Below, piece by piece: positions 62,686 through 64,000 of a stretch of DNA of 64,000 bases. The position numbers were made by a program, and so were the translations under genes. The notes beneath the pieces were generated by a model. The model searched no databases. It was not told where the DNA came from and saw nothing but the letters and a program-made list of their open reading frames with translations. Source of the DNA: an uncultured delta proteobacterium (GTDB taxonomy: Bacteria; Myxococcota_A; Polyangia; Haliangiales; Haliangiaceae); NCBI GenBank assembly GCA_963848295.1, contig CAWKDB010000004.1:1-64000 (forward strand), written 5' to 3'. The first letter of the stretch is position 1, and each line of letters opens with the position of its first letter.

Positions 62686-62701
62686 TGGAACGGTCCATGC
62701 A
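62686..62701 (+). promoter_or_regulatory. Sigma-54 promoter
   Basis: TGGAACGGTCCATGCA; ATG 15 nt after the -12 C. Confidence 0.7.
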
Positions 62702-62714
62702 CTCTCGAAGCACC

Positions 62715-62843
62715 ATGTCTGACAAGTTCCAACAGATTCACCAGCACGAGATCGCCGAGCGGCGCCGGGCCTCGATCTACTTCCTGGTGTTGTCGATCGC
62801 TGTGCTGATCATCATCGCGGCGTTCGCGATCGCCGTACGCTGA
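62715..62843 (+). CDS. Small single-TM protein (42 aa), not in ORF track
   Basis: MSDKFQQIHQHEIAERRRASIYFLVLSIAVLIIIAAFAIAVR; has its own sigma-54 motif. Confidence 0.7.
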   Translation: MSDKFQQIHQHEIAERRRASIYFLVLSIAVLIIIAAFAIAVR

Positions 62844-62914
62844 CCGATCGGGTGGTCCGGCCATGCTGATAGTGCGATAGGCGCGATGCTTCAACCTGTG
62901 CGAAGGAGTGTGTC

Positions 62915-63109
62915 ATGCGACTCAACGAAGGATCGATCGACCGAGTGATGCGCATCGTCATCGGCCTCGTGCTGCTGTCTCTCGTCGTAGCCGGCCCTCA
63001 TTCGCTGTGGGGCCTGTTCGGGCTGATCCCGCTGCTCACCGGAGTCTGGGGCTTCTGCCCGCTGTACCGCGCACTCGGCATCTCGAGCTGCCGCACACGT
63101 GCTGCGTGA
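62915..63109 (+). CDS. DUF2892 (YgaP-like) membrane protein
   Basis: NEGSIDRVMRI...GLIPLLTG..GFCPLY..LGISSC; AAGGAG SD. Confidence 0.9.
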   Translation: MRLNEGSIDRVMRIVIGLVLLSLVVAGPHSLWGLFGLIPLLTGVWGFCPLYRALGISSCRTRAA

Positions 63110-63157
63110 TGCCATGATCGGTCGCGCGCAATCGCGAGGAGCTCACGATTGAATGAC

Positions 63158-64000
63158 ATGCGGTGCTTGCTGACGATCAACGCGGGCTCTTACAGCCTGA
63201 AGACTGCGGTGTTCCGGGAGGACTCTCTCGAGCGACTGGTCGCCGTCGAGGTGACCGGCATCGATCACGTGGCCACCATGACATGGTCGATGGGCGGCGA
63301 TCGTCAGGTCGAGAAGCTCGCAGGCATCAGCGATCACGATACGGCCCTGTCCGCCGTACTGGAGCGGTTGCGGCAGCGATTGGGCCGAATCGAGTGGAAA
63401 GCAGTGGGCCACCGAGTCACTCACGGGTTTGACTGCCTCCAGCCGCGGATCGTCGACACCGAGCTGCGTTCGTACCTCGAAGCTCTCATTCCGCTCGCGC
63501 CGCTGCACCAGCCGCACAACCTGGCTGGGATCACGGCGGCCGAGCGCCTCGCCCCAAGCGCGTTACAAGTCGCTTGCTTCGATACGTCGTTTCACCGGAC
63601 GATTCCCGACGTCGCGCGCCGCTATGCGTTGCCGCGCGAGCTCAGCGCTGACGGCATCGAGGCCTATGGATTCCACGGGCTGTCGTACGAATACATCGCG
63701 TCGATCCTGCCGAGTCATCTCGGGCCACGCGCCGACGCACGCGTGATCGTCGCGCACCTCGGCAGCGGCGCCAGCATGTGCGCCATGCGCGAGCGCAAGT
63801 CCGTCGCGACCACCATGGGGCTCACCCCGTTGGACGGCTTGCCGATGGCAACGCGATCAGGCGCACTCGATCCCGGCGTCATCTTGTACCTGCTCGAGAC
63901 TCGCAAGATGGACGTCGCCGACGTCCGAGATCTGCTCTATCAACGCTCCGGCCTCCTCGGAGCTTCGGGCGTCAGCGACAGCATGAAGGAGCTACTCGCG
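63158..64000 (+). CDS. ackA: Acetate/propionate kinase (runs off window)
   Basis: INAGSYSLK, GHRVTHG, APLHQP, FDTSFH, YGFHGLSY, HLGSGAS and TMGLTPLDG motifs in one frame. Confidence 0.92.
   Translation, partial: MRCLLTINAGSYSLKTAVFREDSLERLVAVEVTGIDHVATMTWSMGGDRQVEKLAGISDHDTALSAVLERLRQRLGRIEWKAVGHRVTHGFDCLQPRIVDTELRSYLEALIPLAPLHQPHNLAGITAAERLAPSALQVACFDTSFHRTIPDVARRYALPRELSADGIEAYGFHGLSYEYIASILPSHLGPRADARVIVAHLGSGASMCAMRERKSVATTMGLTPLDGLPMATRSGALDPGVILYLLETRKMDVADVRDLLYQRSGLLGASGVSDSMKELLA

Noticed and set aside
61368..62894. Apparent 653-aa OsmC fusion
   Set aside because: The N-terminal extension is an off-frame read through the BON and ChaB genes; OsmC starts at 61367.
62879..62894. AGGCGCGATGCTTCAA before the DUF2892 gene
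   Set aside because: The -12 GC is missing and the gene has a normal SD; not counted as a sigma-54 promoter.

Overview
High-GC bacterial DNA, most likely Myxococcota (inferred from kinase architecture and gene families). Bases 1-5.35 kb are mobile-element debris (ParE-like toxin end, a degenerate second toxin copy, a broken tyrosine integrase, a tRNA-3'-like att remnant) plus hypothetical genes and a TetR regulator. From about 5.37 kb to the end lies a low-oxygen/dormancy-type gene island. It encodes a group 1 [NiFe]-hydrogenase with cytochrome b, protease, hypFCDE-crotonase-hypAB and a Ni transporter, an FAD/Fe-S oxidoreductase, HPF and an aeRF1-like protein, MgtA, phosphoketolase and acetate kinase, hemerythrins, a di-heme cytochrome, CBS/BON/OsmC/ChaB proteins, ABC systems, and a sigma-54 activator next to a globin-coupled kinase. 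The main signal is non-coding. I count 19 intact and 4 degenerate sigma-54 (-24/-12) motifs, nearly all 14-17 nt from a start codon, implying near-leaderless mRNAs. About 12 paired CGCA-N5-TGCG palindromes spaced 29-31 bp apart accompany them. Together these suggest one O2-sensing sigma-54 regulon covering about 58 kb. The hydrogenase structural genes carry about 20 frameshifts, probably sequencing error. All calls are from manual reading; no searches were run.
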